NCBI RefSeq assembly: GCF_964188315.1
Contig: NC_135667.1
Location: 16,430,001 to 16,494,000 of the forward strand
Length of the DNA stretch: 64,000 bases
Reading direction: 5' to 3'
Origin: Podarcis muralis
Taxonomy: Eukaryota
Shown: positions 1 through 13,916 of the stretch, piece after piece
Layout of the letters: every line of letters starts with the position of its first letter
How positions within the stretch are numbered: position 1 is the first letter of the stretch
Translations under genes and position numbers: made by a program
Notes under the pieces: generated by a model
The model's database searches: none
The model's input: the letters and a program-made list of their open reading frames with translations, nothing else
Told to the model about the DNA's origin: nothing

Positions 1-900
1 GGTTTGGTGTGTAAAGCTCTACCGCTAATCTAGAATATGATCCCACACAGCCAGAGATTGTTGGAAGTGCAAACAGCAGAGATCATTCCATTTGTGACAT
101 AAGTGTTAATCCTATTAATGTTAAAGTCAAATGGTGTTGCTTAGCAACTATACAGGCATGATCTTCCTGTACTCTGATTGGCTGTTTAGTTCTGAGGGAA
201 TTTTCCTCTATATGTGTTGTACAAGATCTGAACCAGGAAAGACAAAATCTCTCTGTTCTTTTTAATATACACTATTTCTCTTTATTCTGCTCCAAAAACT
301 GTTGTCAGAACTTTTCTCTCTGGACTGTTTTCATTATTTAAGTGACTTTGCTAAGAGGGATTAGGCACACTGCAAAATGTAGTTGTCTGCAGAAAGAATA
401 GCAGGAGGTTACTCAAGAAAGTGAGCCAAGCTGCATGTTGCAGGTATTAGCAGTAAAAACCCAGAGTCTCTAGCAAGTTTGATTTGGGGAAGATGGGGGA
501 AGGGAAGTCTATTTCAATGGTCAGTTATGGCAATCACGCTCAGAACATGAGAGGCAGGAGCATCCGACGGGGGCATTTTTATGTGGCCCTCAATTTTAGT
601 TTCAGTTTGAGTGTCTCGTGTGCTGCTTGAATGCCACAAAAAGTATTTTGAGAAAAGGACTCCTCCACAATCTATTTAATGTGGTTTGTTCATCTGATTC
701 ATAGATGCAGGAAACCTAAATGTTGTTGTTTGGGGGCGTCTAAAGAAAAACGCCCCAAATATGCCCAAAGGAAATGAATGGATATGATGCACACAGCCCC
801 ATGCCTGCCACTATTATTTTATTATTTATTTATAAATTTACAAACCGCCCTATACCCTGGAGGTCTCAGGGAGGTTCACAGAAAAGATCCAACATTAAAA

Positions 901-904
<4 letters not shown>

Positions 905-945
<41 letters not shown>
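905..945. repeat. (TA)n microsatellite
   Basis: Read directly. Confidence 0.95.
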
Positions 946-949
<4 letters not shown>

Positions 950-1512
950 AATAAAAACAACAACCCAATGACACCCCTCCCCAGGAAAAAAAAAAGATGC
1001 CACTAGCATCTTAATGGTTCACAATCCTACAGATACAAGCTTGTCTGTACATTTGGCTCCCACTGGCACTACTCTTGGAAAAGAGGCTGATGCAGGAGAA
1101 AGATATTAAGATGGCAGTGGACTTCTGAACTGATCCTGGCAGCTAGAGCCACAGCTGAGATGTTTCCACTTCGTTAAAAGCCACAGAGACTTTCAAGTTT
1201 ATGTCCCCACTTTTCCTGGCGAGGATCTTGTATCTTTAACAATTTACTCCGTTGAAGGGTTCTGCCTGGCACTGATCTATTCAAAATGCAGGAGTCCTGC
1301 CCTCCAAATTTTGGTGGCAAACGCTTTCAATGAGCTAAACACTGGGAAAAACTGGGCCCTGGTTTTCCGTTCCAGGAAGGACAGGTGCACATAGTGATAG
1401 TGGTGCGTTCAAGGTCGGACTTTAGGGTACAGAGGGAATGAGCAGGAACTTAGTACGAGCAGGAAGACACCTCCCAAATTGCAAATCTGGCTTGTATTTT
1501 GGAGTAGCTACT

Positions 1513-1682
1513 GGGAAAGAGCCATAGCTTAGTGGCAGAGCATCTGCCTCGCTGGGGATTGAACTTCTGCTTGCATCTGCAGGTAGAGCTGCCTGAAACC
1601 CTGGGGAGCTTCTGCCAGTCCGAGTAGACAGTACTGAGCTAGATGGACCAATGAGATGACCCAGGATAAGGCACCTTCCTGC
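1513..1682 (+). mobile_element. tRNA-derived squamate SINE (Squam3-like), partial
   Basis: tRNA-like head GAGCCATAGCTTAGTGGCAGAGCATCTGC and body GTAGACAGTACTGAGCTAGATGGACCAATG. Related fragments near 7480-7555, 14220-14290, 22530-22600 and 63230-63410. Family name is from memory. Confidence 0.55.
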
Positions 1683-1950
1683 ATCCCTAAGTGACACTCA
1701 AAAAAGGATATGTCCTTTAAGTTCGGAGAGTGAATGGCAATCCCACTCGTGCCTTAATAGCAGAAGAACAATTGTTTGGCAGCACGAGGAGTCCTATGTC
1801 TGGAAGCAACACCCTAAGGCACATTATCAGCAAAAGGGAGGCCCCCTACTCCAAAGAATAAGTGCATCGCTGAACTGCAGCACTGGGTCGCAATGGTATA
1901 CCAATTCATTCTAAGCAAAGCCTTCTATTCTGGGAGCAGTTTATCTAAGA

Positions 1951-2195
1951 CAGGGGTAGGCAACCTAAGGCCCGGGGCTGGATGCAGCCCAATCGCCTTC
2001 TCAATCCGGCCTGCGGACAGTCCGAGAATCAGCATGTTTTTACATGAGTAGACTGTGTCCTTTTATTTAAAATGCATCTCTGGGTTATTTGTGGGGCATA
2101 GGAATTCATTCATATCCCCCCCCCCCCAAAAAAAATATAGCCCGGCCCACCACATGGTCTGAGGGACCACGGCTGAAAATGGTTGCTGACCCCTG
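1951..2195. mobile_element. hAT-type MITE
   Basis: Termini CAGGGGTAGGCAACC ... GGTTGCTGACCCCTG, inserted at a degenerate TCTAGA-like site. Confidence 0.65.
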
Positions 2196-3581
2196 ATTTA
2201 AGAGGATGCTAGCATTTTTTAGTCAGGTTTCTTCCAGGTGTGGGCTTATTACTGTAAACGGGTTATTGTAATATTGAAAACAGGTCATTTGCAAAAGAGC
2301 TGGCTTTTAAAATAAAAGCTTGCCAGCTTTTTCCTGGAAAGGGTCAATCCAGATTAAATGAGGCTGGGCAGGAAGAGAGGCTGGCATTTTGATGCCATTG
2401 TGCATGGAGAAGCATCCATCCCATAATTACCACCCATCTGAAAGCACCCTTGCGCAGAAGCCTCTTTCGATGTGTTAGCATAGAAGAGTGCATGTGTCTC
2501 TGACAGTTCCTCTATCTGATTATATTATCAATTCTGCAATTCCCCCAGGAATTAGGAGTGTGAAGGGTGGGTGGCGATATCCTATCCTGCAACAGGAGCA
2601 GCAATGATGAAAGGTGGTGGGCAGCTTCAGCCACCAGGACTCCTTGACTTTGTTAAGTGAGCTGATCAAGTCACAGGGACTTGGGGGTGAAACTGTGGGA
2701 TGCAAAGTTAGAAAAATCTGCAGGATCCCAATGCCCAGACTTATTGAGACACAATCTGAGTTCAGCAAGTGTACAGACTCAAAGCTACAGAGGATAGCTA
2801 CTCTTTGAACTTGCCTTGCATTATTTAGAAAATGATTCAAAAATAAGCAGATTCCAGGGGTTTGTCCCCCCCACCTCGGGCAAAGGATGGTATTGGGGGG
2901 TGGGGACCACTCAAAAAGGACAATTAAAGGCATCAAATGAGAAAGGACAGACAGATGGTGGCAGATCTCTCAGTTTTTCTCCAACAGAGGACAGAATATA
3001 CCCTTTTCTGTGGCTATAGATAAAGGGTGGGGGGACAGGATACAGTGGTCAGATTGCACATTACCAAGAGGCAAAAAATTATCCCTAGAAAACTGAGGCA
3101 GGGGGGCAGGAAGGAGAAAACAGGGACTAACTAAAGGGATCAATTATTTCCCAACAGCAGGCAATTTGAAACACGAAACCTCAAGGAAATGGATCGATTT
3201 TATCCCTCTTTCAGGGGCAAGAGATGAAGAGATAGGAGCTCCTCCTTCACCTCACTCCCAGAGATTTTGGGACAGAGTCCGGCTCCCACTTATTACAAAC
3301 CCCTGGGCATATTTATTTTTTCCACAAACATCGACAAGTCCTTCCACAGCCCCCTCTAATTCCAGGCACCAGCTTCTCCCCAAGGGGGTCCTGGCCAGCA
3401 GAACTCCTCCCCAGCTTTAACCCCTGAACCCTAATGATATCCTAGAGAATCTGCTGTCCCAACTCCCCATAAACACTAGATCCCCCCCCAAAAAACCTCA
3501 GGAGTCCTGACTCCTAGCACCCTTACCCTAAACCCCCAGACCCAGCTCTTTCCTGAGAAAACCCAGGCATCTTGGACTCAC

Positions 3582-3671
3582 CAGCCCTCTGGTCATCTCC
3601 TGGGTGCTAGATGGTGCTGCCCTGGCCTGGGGGAAACTCCAGAGGCAGAGAGATGCCAAGAGGAGCAGCAT
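3582..3671 (-). CDS. MMP25: Coding exon 1 (signal peptide) of a membrane-type matrix metalloproteinase, probably MMP25; remainder lies left of the window
   Basis: ATG at 3671 opens MLLLLASLCLWSFPQARAAPSSTQEMTRGL (30 codons) ending at a phase-0 GTGAGT donor (3581-3576). It looks like a signal peptide and ends like recalled human MMP25 exon 1 (...SAQDVSLGV|DWL). It sits head-to-head with BICDL2, as I recall MMP25 does in human. Exon 2 was not found in the window. Confidence 0.68.
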
Positions 3672-4228
3672 CTTTGCTTTCCTGTTGAGGCACTGATGCC
3701 TCCAGCTGCAGCTCTGGCCCTATACAGCAGCTCCTGTTTCCCCCGCCCCCTTCCTCTCTCAGTTCTCTTTCTCTGCTCCTGCTGTGAAAATCCATCCCAG
3801 TCACAGAGCATCCCACTTTCCCCCCAGGGGAAGCAGATTCAGAGGGGGATATGGGGGGGAGGGGGGACAGGAACTCTTGGGTTTCCTAGAAGGGGGAGCA
3901 GGGTGGGAAGTGGGGCTCAGTGGGTCTTGCAAGGTGAGTGTAAGCTACTCGGAAGAGTTACAGCAGCACGGGGTTGGAGTTAAGCAACTCTGCAGTCCTA
4001 AATACTCTGGGTCAAGGGTATAGCTGTCACCCCACTGGGAACAAGCCCCACAGAATTCAATAGGAGTAGGCATGGTTATGATTGCAATGTCCGTCTTCTG
4101 TGGGTCTTCCTTCTCAGTCAACATGAGACTTAAGGCTTTTCCAGACTGGTTTTGGGGGTTGTTGTTCACAGGGAGGTTTCTGCAACATATCATTGACACG
4201 GTAACAGTGCGTTAGTGCTGGGTTTATA

Positions 4229-4470
4229 CAGTGGTACCTTGGGTTACATACGCTTCAGGTTACATACGCTTCAAGTTACAGACTCCGCTAACCCAGAAAA
4301 AGTGCTTCAGGTGAAGAACTTTGCTTCAGGATGAGAACAGAAATCGTGCTCCGGCGCCGCGAAGGCAGCAGGAGGCCCCATTAGCTAAAGTGGTGCTTCA
4401 GGTTAAGAACAGTTTCAGGTTAAGTACGGACCTCTGGAATGAATTAAGTACTTAACCCAAGGCACCACTG
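4229..4470 (+). mobile_element. Tc1/mariner (Tigger-like) MITE, family A copy 1, in the MMP25 upstream region
   Basis: CAGTGGTACC...GGCACCACTG TIRs, with TA on the left flank; nearly the same about 230-bp body as five other copies in the window. Confidence 0.85.
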
Positions 4471-7400
4471 TCCTGGACTGTCTACACATCATTCTGCTTT
4501 ATTACTTGTTCTGATAGCTTCATATTCCCTCATTGCAGCTCTATGATTCCATGATCTAGGCAGTAGATCACCGGACCTCTGTGGTAGATCACTGCTGGAT
4601 CACTTGCTCAATAACTTTGGCTCTCCTTCTTTGTTCCTAAAAACATTGACCTGAACCCCCTAAAAACAGGGCTTTCATTCCTAAAAAAAGCTCAACAAAT
4701 TTGACCTGAACCCCCAAAAAGGAGGTAGATCACTGCCAGTTTTTAACTCTGTGAATAGATCGCAGTCTTTTGATGCTTCCCAAAGGATACAGCATTATTG
4801 CTGTCCAGAGGGGCAATCTTGTGCTTTAGCACAAAAAATGCAAAACACTCATGTGCACATCTGTGGTATGAAAGTTACAGGATTTCAGCAGAAAGCTATG
4901 GGGCATGCCCTAGTTTTGAAAACGATGCTATACCTCCGGTTTGAAACTTTTGCTGGCGCAAAGCAATATTGAAAGCAGGGGCATGATTTACTACATTTAT
5001 ACCCAAGGTCTTCCTCCTGAAGGAAAACAGACACGACAAAACATTTAAAAACATTCAGCTGATCTGCCACCATCATGAGCACAAATAATCATAAATGCAG
5101 AATAATAATAATAATAATAATAAGTGTGGAGGGGACCTTATACTAAATGCTGGTTTGGTTAAACAAAAGTCAGGACACCTGGGTTCTGTTGCAGAGGAGG
5201 GGAGGAAACCGTCTAGACCAGCCTTTCACCAACTGAGTCAGACAACCAATTCACAAATCCCTGATCTCTCCCCCCCCCCCGTTATCACGCCCCCCCCCCC
5301 GTTTCGCTTTGCTTCGTTTTGCAGAGGAAACTAACACATCACACTCTCACCTCCCTTTGCTCAATTTCTTCCTAAACTCGCTGCTTAATTTCCTGCTTCA
5401 CACCTGGCTACCTCCTGATGGGACTCTAGGGCATCCTAATGGAGATAAGCTTAGAGGTGGGGGAGGAAGGCCGGGTCTGCAAGAATGGAAGCTGCAAGGG
5501 GTGAATGGGTCCGTGTACAAACACCGGATTTGAAAGGCAGGTGAGTCAAAAGTTGCAGGAGTTTGATCCAGCATCAGCAACTGCCCTCCCGTGACAAATA
5601 TATTTTAGCACAAAGCAAAAAGGTCTTTACAAAATACTCACGTGGAAGGATGCAGGAGGAACATTTAGAAGAACTGATTTCACCCCAGAAACAGCCGCGT
5701 TGCACTATTTGGGGAGAGGGCTCCGTATTCACAGACGCCCCGCAGATTCACACGTGCATGCAAATCGTTTTATCTCAGGGGCCGAAAACGCATGAACGGC
5801 CCGCAGTGAGAAGTATGTACTGCGGTCTTGGAAGTGATAGAAACGCCCAGTCTGTCACCTCCTTTGGCTCTTCCCTACACTTCACGTTGCCTCCCTCGTG
5901 TAATTGAACGTGTGCACGTGGCCACTTTCCCTTCTAGTGGGTCCTGGTAAGGCAACCTTTTCCTGAAACGCTCTCGCCTCCTGAAGGGCTGCATACGTTG
6001 TCTGTTCGGTCCTTATAGGACTTGTCCCGTCCCCCCACTCCCAGTTTCACATATTGGGGCTTAGCTTTAGAAGCTGGGAAAGAGACGATGAGAAGCATGT
6101 GCAAAATGCATTTAGGGCACCCCCGCGTGCAATTATGGGGCAGGGCTCTCAAGAAAGCGCCAGCCCTGGCTGCTTTGTTTTAACTTTGGATAGGCTGCAG
6201 CCTGACAGGTCAAGTGCAAGGAGGAGTAAGCTTACGTTGCTCTGGTTACGAGGCAAAGAGGAGCCAAGCAATGGCGTCTTAGTCAAACATTAACAATGGC
6301 ATTAAAAAAAAAAAGAAATCTAATCTTGACAAAGCAAGGCAAGTGAGTAAGCTAACTGCTTCCTCCTCCTCGGATGAGCCTCTTGTGTTTCCCAGAAGAC
6401 AAGAGAGACTTGCATTCAGCAGATGGCCTTGGTTGTTTGTTGTTTAGGCTCCTTAGCCTTATTCAGGCATTACTCTCTCCTCACAAAAATGCTGCTCTGG
6501 TAAGAGAGCATATGCTGGTCTTTCCTCTGTTTGGGACTCTCCAATAGAGATGTCTTCTGGGACAGCACACCCTGTTCAAACTCTTTCCAGGGTTTGAAGG
6601 TGTGGTGGTGGCCCAGCTATTTTTGGCTTACAACAAAGGGACTCATGGCAAAGATGAGCCTCTCTACTCTCTAATTGGCACAAGGGCAGCTGGGGAAATT
6701 CCCCACAATGCCCTGGAGCAACATTATGTCAGGGGCATTGTGGGAAATCAACGTGGCAGCTCCCAGGCTCTGCCACCTCCGTAAGCGCCAGTAGTCAGCT
6801 GAGCTTAACGGCTGAGTCCCTGCTGGACAAACTCCACGGGTGTTGCTTATTCTAGAGAGAGAGTTTCACTTGTTGAGCTTTTGACTCACGAACCTGCAAA
6901 AGGCAAAAGGAGTTTTGACGGAACAGAAAAGGTCATCGTAATGCAGGAGCCTTTCCTTACAGTCCGTCTGGCCAGAGGCGGTTTTAGGGGAGTGTAACCG
7001 ATTCTGCTGTGCTGTAGGGAGAGCCACAAAAAGGCAGTAGAGCAGAGCGCAAGAGGGGGCGTGCACCAGATTTTTGTGTCGCACGGGTCACTGCTGAAAT
7101 CTGAAAGCCCAGCATCCACCACTGATCTCACTTTGCCTGCTGCCAACCCAGGTGCCCTGCTGCCACCTAATTTAGAAACAACTGCATTTTGCTTCTGGGT
7201 TAGAACTAGTTCTGAGGTATTTTGCATAATTTCCTTCCAGTTAAAGCATTTCATTTCTGAAACCGGATGTGGGGCAGGAAAACAGCGCCTGCTTTCCCCA
7301 TCACCTGAAAAGCTACTGTGGTAGATGTTGCGGCAGCGTTCTGTGGAGTCGGATGCGATTGCAAAATGAATCAAATCCATAGTGATAATGCCATTGGCTA

Positions 7401-8796
7401 CTTTGCCATAGTGCAGTGTTCAAAACTGACGCAGGCTTTGAATCCTACCCGCCCGCTCGTCCCCCGCAAGCTGCCCAATGCTGAGTCCATCTAGCTCAGA
7501 TTGAACCCGGAGCCTTCTGTGTGCAAGGCAGGTGAAGTACCATTGAGCTACAGCTGGCACAGTATAAAATCCAAAAGGCAACAAGTGGTGCGGCCAGCAG
7601 TGGTGATGCTATTGACTACTTCCCTGTAGTTGCGGATTCTAACTATTGCTGTACAAACAACTGCATATTTGTTGCACTGTAAAATAGAGAAGCTCAGATA
7701 CTTGCGTATAAAGTAAATATCTTCTTGTTGTATATAGAGGAGAAGCAGGAACAGGAAGGAGCTTATAGAGAATACATAAATATGCGTATGATTAACTCAC
7801 AAAAATATTGACTACCTGACTTACCCACATGCACCTGTTTTGTGGCCTACAAGGGAGAGAAAAACAACAACACCCAGTTTTTGTAACCACCCATCGCATG
7901 TTCGGTTGCTGATGTGAAAGAGAGGGCAAGGCTCTTACAGCTTTTACTAGTTGTAGAAGAGGGAATTTCAGTTTGTCATGGAAGGTCCAGCTCCCTCTTC
8001 TATATAACTGGAAAGCTGCAGGAGACCTCGCCATATTGGCCAATGAGGCATCCCTCAGATGTTGTCGGACTACAACTCACACCATCTCTTACCATTGGCC
8101 ATGCTGGCTGGGGCAGATGAGAGCTGTAGTCCAAGATCATCTAGAGGGCACTGTGTTGGCTACCCCGACCTAGTCCTTTGGGGGACAGTCCTCATTCACT
8201 ATCTGCAACACCCAGGGCAGCAGTTCATAAATGTACTATAATTTTTGCTTGCTTCTGTATATAGCTGTTCAGACAGTAAAACTTTTTTGGGGGTGGGGGG
8301 TTGTATGCAAGCAAGTTTTTCTTAGGGTTGACCTACTGAAATTAAAGGCCCTAACTTTGGTTGCATACGCACTACGCCTTTAAAGTAAGGTTTCCAGATT
8401 TTTTCCCGTGAATCCAGGGTCACTTTTCAACTTCCTACTAAATAGATGGATTTTGTCAAGGGACTGATTTGTACATCTGGGAACTGCCCCTGGGAAACGG
8501 GGATATTTGGTAACCTTACTTTAAAGAATATTTCTCCGCATCAAAGAATTCTGGGCTCTGTAGCCTATTAAGAGTTGCTGGGACCCGCAGCTTTGTGAGA
8601 GACTACAATGCCCAGAATTCTTTGAGGGAAAGAATGTGTATGCAGCCTTGGTCATGTTCATTAATTTCAGTGGAGCTACTCTGAGTAAAACTTATTTAAA
8701 TACCACCCTTTTTTGGGGACACACACCAAAAACTATTAAAAATATCAGTCTTCCCTGTTCCTGCCAATAGACAGACCATATGCCTCCAGTTCTTTT

Positions 8797-9147
8797 GTTT
8801 TGTTTGTTTAGCCGTGTCTGACTCTTCGTGACCCCATGGACCAGAGCACACCAGGCACTCCTGTCTTCCACTGCCTCCCGCAGTTTGGTCAAACTCATGC
8901 TGGTAGCTTCAAGAACACTGTCCAACCATCTTGTCCTCTATCATCCCTTTCTCCTTGTACCCTCCATCTTTCCCAGCATCAGGGTCTTTTCCAGGGAGTC
9001 TTCTCTTCTCATGAGGTGGCCAAAGTATTGGAGCCTCAGCTTCAGGATCTGTCCTTCCAGTGAGCACTCTGGGCTGATTTCCTTAAGAATGGATACGTTT
9101 GATCTTCTTGCAGTCCATGGGACTCTCAAGAGTCTCCTCCAGCACCA
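8797..9147 (-). mobile_element. Bov-B (RTE) LINE, 5'-truncated 3' end
   Basis: Minus-strand ORFs give the typical Bov-B C-terminus (MRVPWTARRSNVSILKEISPECSLEGQILKLRLQYFGHLMRREDSLEKTLMLGK; MDSVLEATSMSLTKLREAVEDRSAWCALVHGVTKSQTRL). CCAGTTCTTTT flanks both sides (11-bp TSD). Confidence 0.9.
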
Positions 9148-11924
9148 CCAGTTCTTTTACAGATCTGAAAAGCATATAGAATTATTTTGTGTTACCTTCC
9201 TTGATACCCCACCTTTCCCCAAAAGAACTCAAGGTGGCATGTGAGGTTCTCTCCCCTGCACAATTGCTGGACTGAGCGATGACTCTGGCTGAGCCAAGAT
9301 CACCCAGTCAGCTTCATGGCTGAGAGGCGACTTGAGTGCTTGCGCTCCTAGGTGCTAGTCTAACGCTCTGACCACTGCACCCCGCTGCCTTTCATTGCGA
9401 AGGAAAGCAGGGCGGCACTGTTGGAAGTTGTTTATGGCAAGTGCACGTAGACTGTGGCCAGACCCTCCTCTGACTAAGATGATGCTCTCTGGCATTTGCT
9501 TGCCTGTCTTTTACCCTAAGGCCCCAGGTCCCAGAGCAGGTCACAACAATTTAAAATGCAGCATTAAAAAAGAGTTTAAAACAAATTGCAATCCCCAGAA
9601 GAGGGTGGAGACCAATGAAGTACACAAGAGTAGGGGTGAACCATTGAAAACTGGAGGCATGTTGTCGAGAGGCCCAGGTTTAAACATCTGTAAAGTATGT
9701 TGTGCTCTTGTCCGTATTGCAGCAGATGAGTAAGATGGTCTCCGTTCGTACCTCCTACACACACATTTCGAAATATGTCTGTGCCAGAGACTTCTCAGTA
9801 GGCAATGTGAGTGGTGGGAATAGGGAAAGGAACCAGCCCTCTTCCTGCATTCCAAAAACCTAATTGCTGAAGCAGGCCTTGTCTGAAGCAGGCCTAGTCA
9901 ATGCAGCAAATTCCGGAGCTTGAGCTCCCCCTACAGACTTATTCAGCTGCTTACGTTTTTCTTCAGATCATTTAAAAAAGGGGGAAAGAATATACTGCAT
10001 CATTTTATGGCTTCTTATGTTTATTGTATTGTTGTACACCGCCTTGATATTTCATATGAGTGGGCAGTTTATGAATATTTTGTATTAATAAATAATGAGC
10101 AGACAGGTGGTTCTCCAGGCCTCTTCTCAAAGACTTCCAGTATGGGATAATATGAATCTGGGAGAATTTTTTTGTTTGTTTTTTAAAAATATATTTATAA
10201 CAATTTGGTATGCAGGAAAACACGCCCACCCCCAGATTTGAGTGTGTTTCACTGAGTGTGCGTTCTAGGATCGCCAGTTGATCAGAAAAGAATACGCATA
10301 CCCTCCAAAATATCTCCGATGAAAATAGGGACGCCCCATTCCTTAATGATAATTGTACTATTTTACTATTATTTATACCCCCCACATCTTAATGGGTTGC
10401 CCCAGCATTCTGGGTAGCTTCCAACATATATAAAAACATAATAATACATTAAACATTTTTTAAAAACTTCCCTATACAGGATTGCTTTTACATACAGGTG
10501 TAAAAGCCATGATTAAAATGTATTATTTAAACATAGTTCTAATTTGTTGGCAACCCTAATAAAGCAGAAGCACAAGGGACAACTTGTGTATCTGGCAACT
10601 TAGTGAGTCAGTGCTTGTTAGAGATATTTAGGCTTAGGATATATCCATCCTCGGGTGATAATGCTTATCTCCATGCCATAAAAAAGACTCACTTGCAGAA
10701 GAGGGGCCCCCTTTCCCCCCACCCTAGCTGGTTGGAAAACCCACAGGGGGAAGTAAGTTTACCAGCATTTCTTGCCCTAGAAGAGAGCAGATCCCACTAA
10801 AATCCCTGCTTGCTGTCAAATTGATCTGAATAAAAAATTGGAAGGGCTTGTAAACATCTCGCACTGTGGCACGTATCTATCTTGGCAATGCATTCACGGA
10901 AATTATTTCTCTCATTCCCATCTTCTCCCTGGAGGAGGTGAAGTGGAAAGCCTGGAGCCATGACTATCGATCTATCTAGTGTGTGTTTTTACTGAGGTTT
11001 TTTTTCTTTTTTAATACATCTTACATCTTGTTAAAGCTCTGGTGCCTTGAGCAAAATGGAAGGCGTGATGGAAATGTGCATTTTGCCTCTAGGGGCGCTG
11101 TGTCGGGGGGGGGGGGGCTGGAGCAGGTGCTTCTATTCCATATGCACTATAAGCCGGACCTCCTGTCATAGGGGGAGCAAGGGTATGATTGCCGGCGCAA
11201 GGCTAAGCCTGTTTGCACTTCCTAGCAATGTGCTTTTGTCTGCAGCCTTAGGCTGCAATCCGATGCACACTTCTTAGGAATTTAACACAGTAAGGCTTAC
11301 TCTAAAGTAAACATGCACAGGATTCCGCTGTTTGTGGGTTAGGAAAAGAACGGTGATTGCTGGTTTCTCTGGGAAGGAAGTGAGAACTAGTGGGCTATGC
11401 ATTTATTTTATTCACTCATTAATTCACCATCTGAACAATTATAATACAGTACCCAAAACATTCTATGGCCTTTTCAATGTGTTTGTGGGAGCAGGGAGGA
11501 TGTTATTGGTTTGTTTTTATTTTGTATTTTCTGTTCGTATTATGTTCTTCAAAGTTGTGAACTGCCTCGTGATCTTCGGTGTACAAATAAAATAAATAAG
11601 TGAAAAGCTAGAGCCATTTCCTGAGCCCTGGCAGAGGGTGGGAATCAGCAAGGTTTGCTGTTGGATGTGGTCAAGATTAGACAGCCTCTTAAAAAGGATT
11701 TGCTGTGGCTGACTTTGAATAGCTCATAATTGCTCTAGTGGTGTGTTCAACACAGGTCAGCCCTTCATGCATGCACACGCACACATTTTTTCTAATCCAA
11801 AGGATTTGTGCCTTGCCGAGAAGTAATAGCACCTCTCTGTTCTGTGGTTGTCCACTTCTGGTTTCCATATCACACTGATACTGAGAGAAGAGAGCGATTT
11901 GGATGGTGACAGATCTGGAAGCCA

Positions 11925-12210
11925 GCTCCTAAGAGGAATGGCTTCAAGGAGCTGGGTATGTTTAGACTGGAGATTAAGGGGAAACATTATCGCCATATTG
12001 AAATACCTGAAGAGCTGTCGTGCGGAAGAAGCGGGCAGGCTGGTGCTCTGCTGCTGCAGAAGGCAGAACCAATTTTGGTGGAAATGGCAGGGAAGCAGGT
12101 TTTTGCTAAACACCAGGAGAAACTTCCTAGTGGTTAAGCACTGTTGGGCAGTGGAAGAGATTGGCTAGGGAGCTGGTGGGCTGTCCTTCGTTGGTGGTAT
12201 TTAAGCTGCA
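11925..12210 (+). mobile_element. CR1 LINE 3' fragment, degenerate
   Basis: Translates to ...LRGNIIAILKYLKSC...RFLLNTRRNFLVVK..., matching the CR1 ORF2 C-terminus pattern. Confidence 0.7.
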
Positions 12211-12224
12211 GGGTGCATGGGGTG

Positions 12225-12740
12225 TTAGGGGAAGGGTAATATCTCTGGTGGGGGACACATTGTGCTCCTTCTGGGCTGGTTTGTCCACCTTTGGCCCCCA
12301 CCCTGCACTCAGCTCTCTCACCTGTGGCTCCTCCAAGCTGTCGGCATGCGACAGTGGCCACACCCTGGAAACAGTTTCGACTGGCCGGCTAAACCAGGTG
12401 AGGGAAGCCAATGGGTCTCAAGTTAGGGATTTCCCCTGCACTCAAAGACCGGCTCCGGTGGATTGGGCGGACGAGACCGATAGTGGGTCTAACAGTCAAG
12501 AAGGCAGTTTCTGCGCATGCTGTAGAGGGAAATAAGGGGCAGATTGAGTTCACCAGCCTGGGAAAGTAGCCCATCTAGGAGAAGGAAAACTCTGATCCTA
12601 CACCTCTGCTGCCTTGCAGGATATCTTTGGGAGAAGAAAGGGCTTTAGAGTAAGCTCTACTATACAAATCCGGAGCAGAGTCCCTAAGATGGTCGGATGG
12701 CACCTTATATGCCTCCTTCTGGCAACTCCTGCAGCCAGAC
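12225..12740 (+). mobile_element. Probable 5' region of an RTE-clade LINE
   Basis: Contains GGAGAAGGAAAACTCTGATCCTA...GAGCAGAGTCCCTAAG, which I recall from RTE 5' leaders; no ORF support. Confidence 0.4.
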
Positions 12741-12972
12741 GTATTGCTCTACTTTCCTTTGGACCACATCCGTGACTACAACTCCCATGCTTCATGGCTA
12801 TTGGCCACACTTGCTGGGGTTGATGGGAGTTGTGGTTCAGCCACAATCTGGAGGGCCATAGGTTCTTCCTGCTCCAGAGGAAGAATGGCATTTGGTCTGA
12901 AAGCTGAGGGAGATGCTCCTAGACTCCGGGGTTCTGCAGAGACTTCTGTGCAGTTCTTGGCTGAATTAAATA

Positions 12973-13187
12973 CGGTGGTACCTCGGGTTACAGATGCTTC
13001 AGGTTACAGATTCCGCTAACCCAGAAATATTACCTCGGGTTAAGAATTTTGCTTCAGGGTGAGAACAGAAATCGCGCGGCGGCGGCGGGGGGCCCCATTA
13101 GCTAAAGTGGTACCTCAGGTTAAGAACAGTTTCAGGTTAAGAACGGACCTCCAGAACAAATTAAGTTCTTAACCCGAGGTACCATTG
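12973..13187 (+). mobile_element. Tigger-like MITE family A copy 2
   Basis: TA-flanked C(G)GTGGTACCTCGGGTTA...TAACCCGAGGTACCATTG. Confidence 0.85.
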
Positions 13188-13537
13188 TATATGGCATTTG
13201 TCTGCTGTTGCTGCTGAAGGCCTGTTCCTTGTCCCTGATGATGAGCTTCTGTTCTAGTGGCATCACATTGTCCCAGAACTCAAGCAATCATGTTTTTGTA
13301 TCTGGGAAAATGCAACCATATTTTCCCAGCCAGGATATTTTTATTTATTTATTATATTTATATGCCACCACCCTTCATCAAAAGACCTCAGAACAGTTCA
13401 CAAGATAAAGTATTCCTTGAGATTGTTAGAGTGAGGAGACAGGTGTCACAGGCATCTTTTATTTCCCTCTTCTTCTTTTTCTTTTAAAACATATTTAGTT
13501 TTGAACAATGGAACTCTTCCCCTTCAGCCTGGCTGAT

Positions 13538-13541
<4 letters not shown>

Positions 13542-13578
<37 letters not shown>
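13542..13578. repeat. (GT)n microsatellite
   Basis: Read directly; another at about 21713-21749. Confidence 0.95.
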
Positions 13579-13580
<2 letters not shown>

Positions 13581-13674
13581 TTTTGCCCACTTTATTTTTT
13601 CACTCAGGAAAAAACTATTCCAAGGCTAGACATTTATTTATTTTTTCAACCTGCTTTATTATTATTATTGTATA

Positions 13675-13916
13675 CAGTGGTACCTTGGGTTACATACGCT
13701 TCAGGTTACATATGCTTCAGGTTACAGACTCCGCAAACCCCGAAATAGTACCTCAGGTTAAGAACTTTGCTTCAGGATGAGAACAGAAATCATACTCCTG
13801 CGGCGCGGCAGCAGCAGGAGGCCCCATTAGCTAAAGTGGTGCTTCAGGTTAAGTACAGTTTCAGGTTAAGAACGGACCTCCAGAACGAATTAAGTTCTTA
13901 ACCCGAGGTACCACTG
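13675..13916 (+). mobile_element. Tigger-like MITE family A copy 3
   Basis: TA-flanked CAGTGGTACC...GGTACCACTG. Confidence 0.85.

Noticed and set aside
1-3575. MMP25 exon 2 (DWL..YGYL) inside the window
   Set aside because: No matching phase-0 exon was found by eye on -. ORFs 2520-2936 and 1422-1697 look like noise or SINE sequence.
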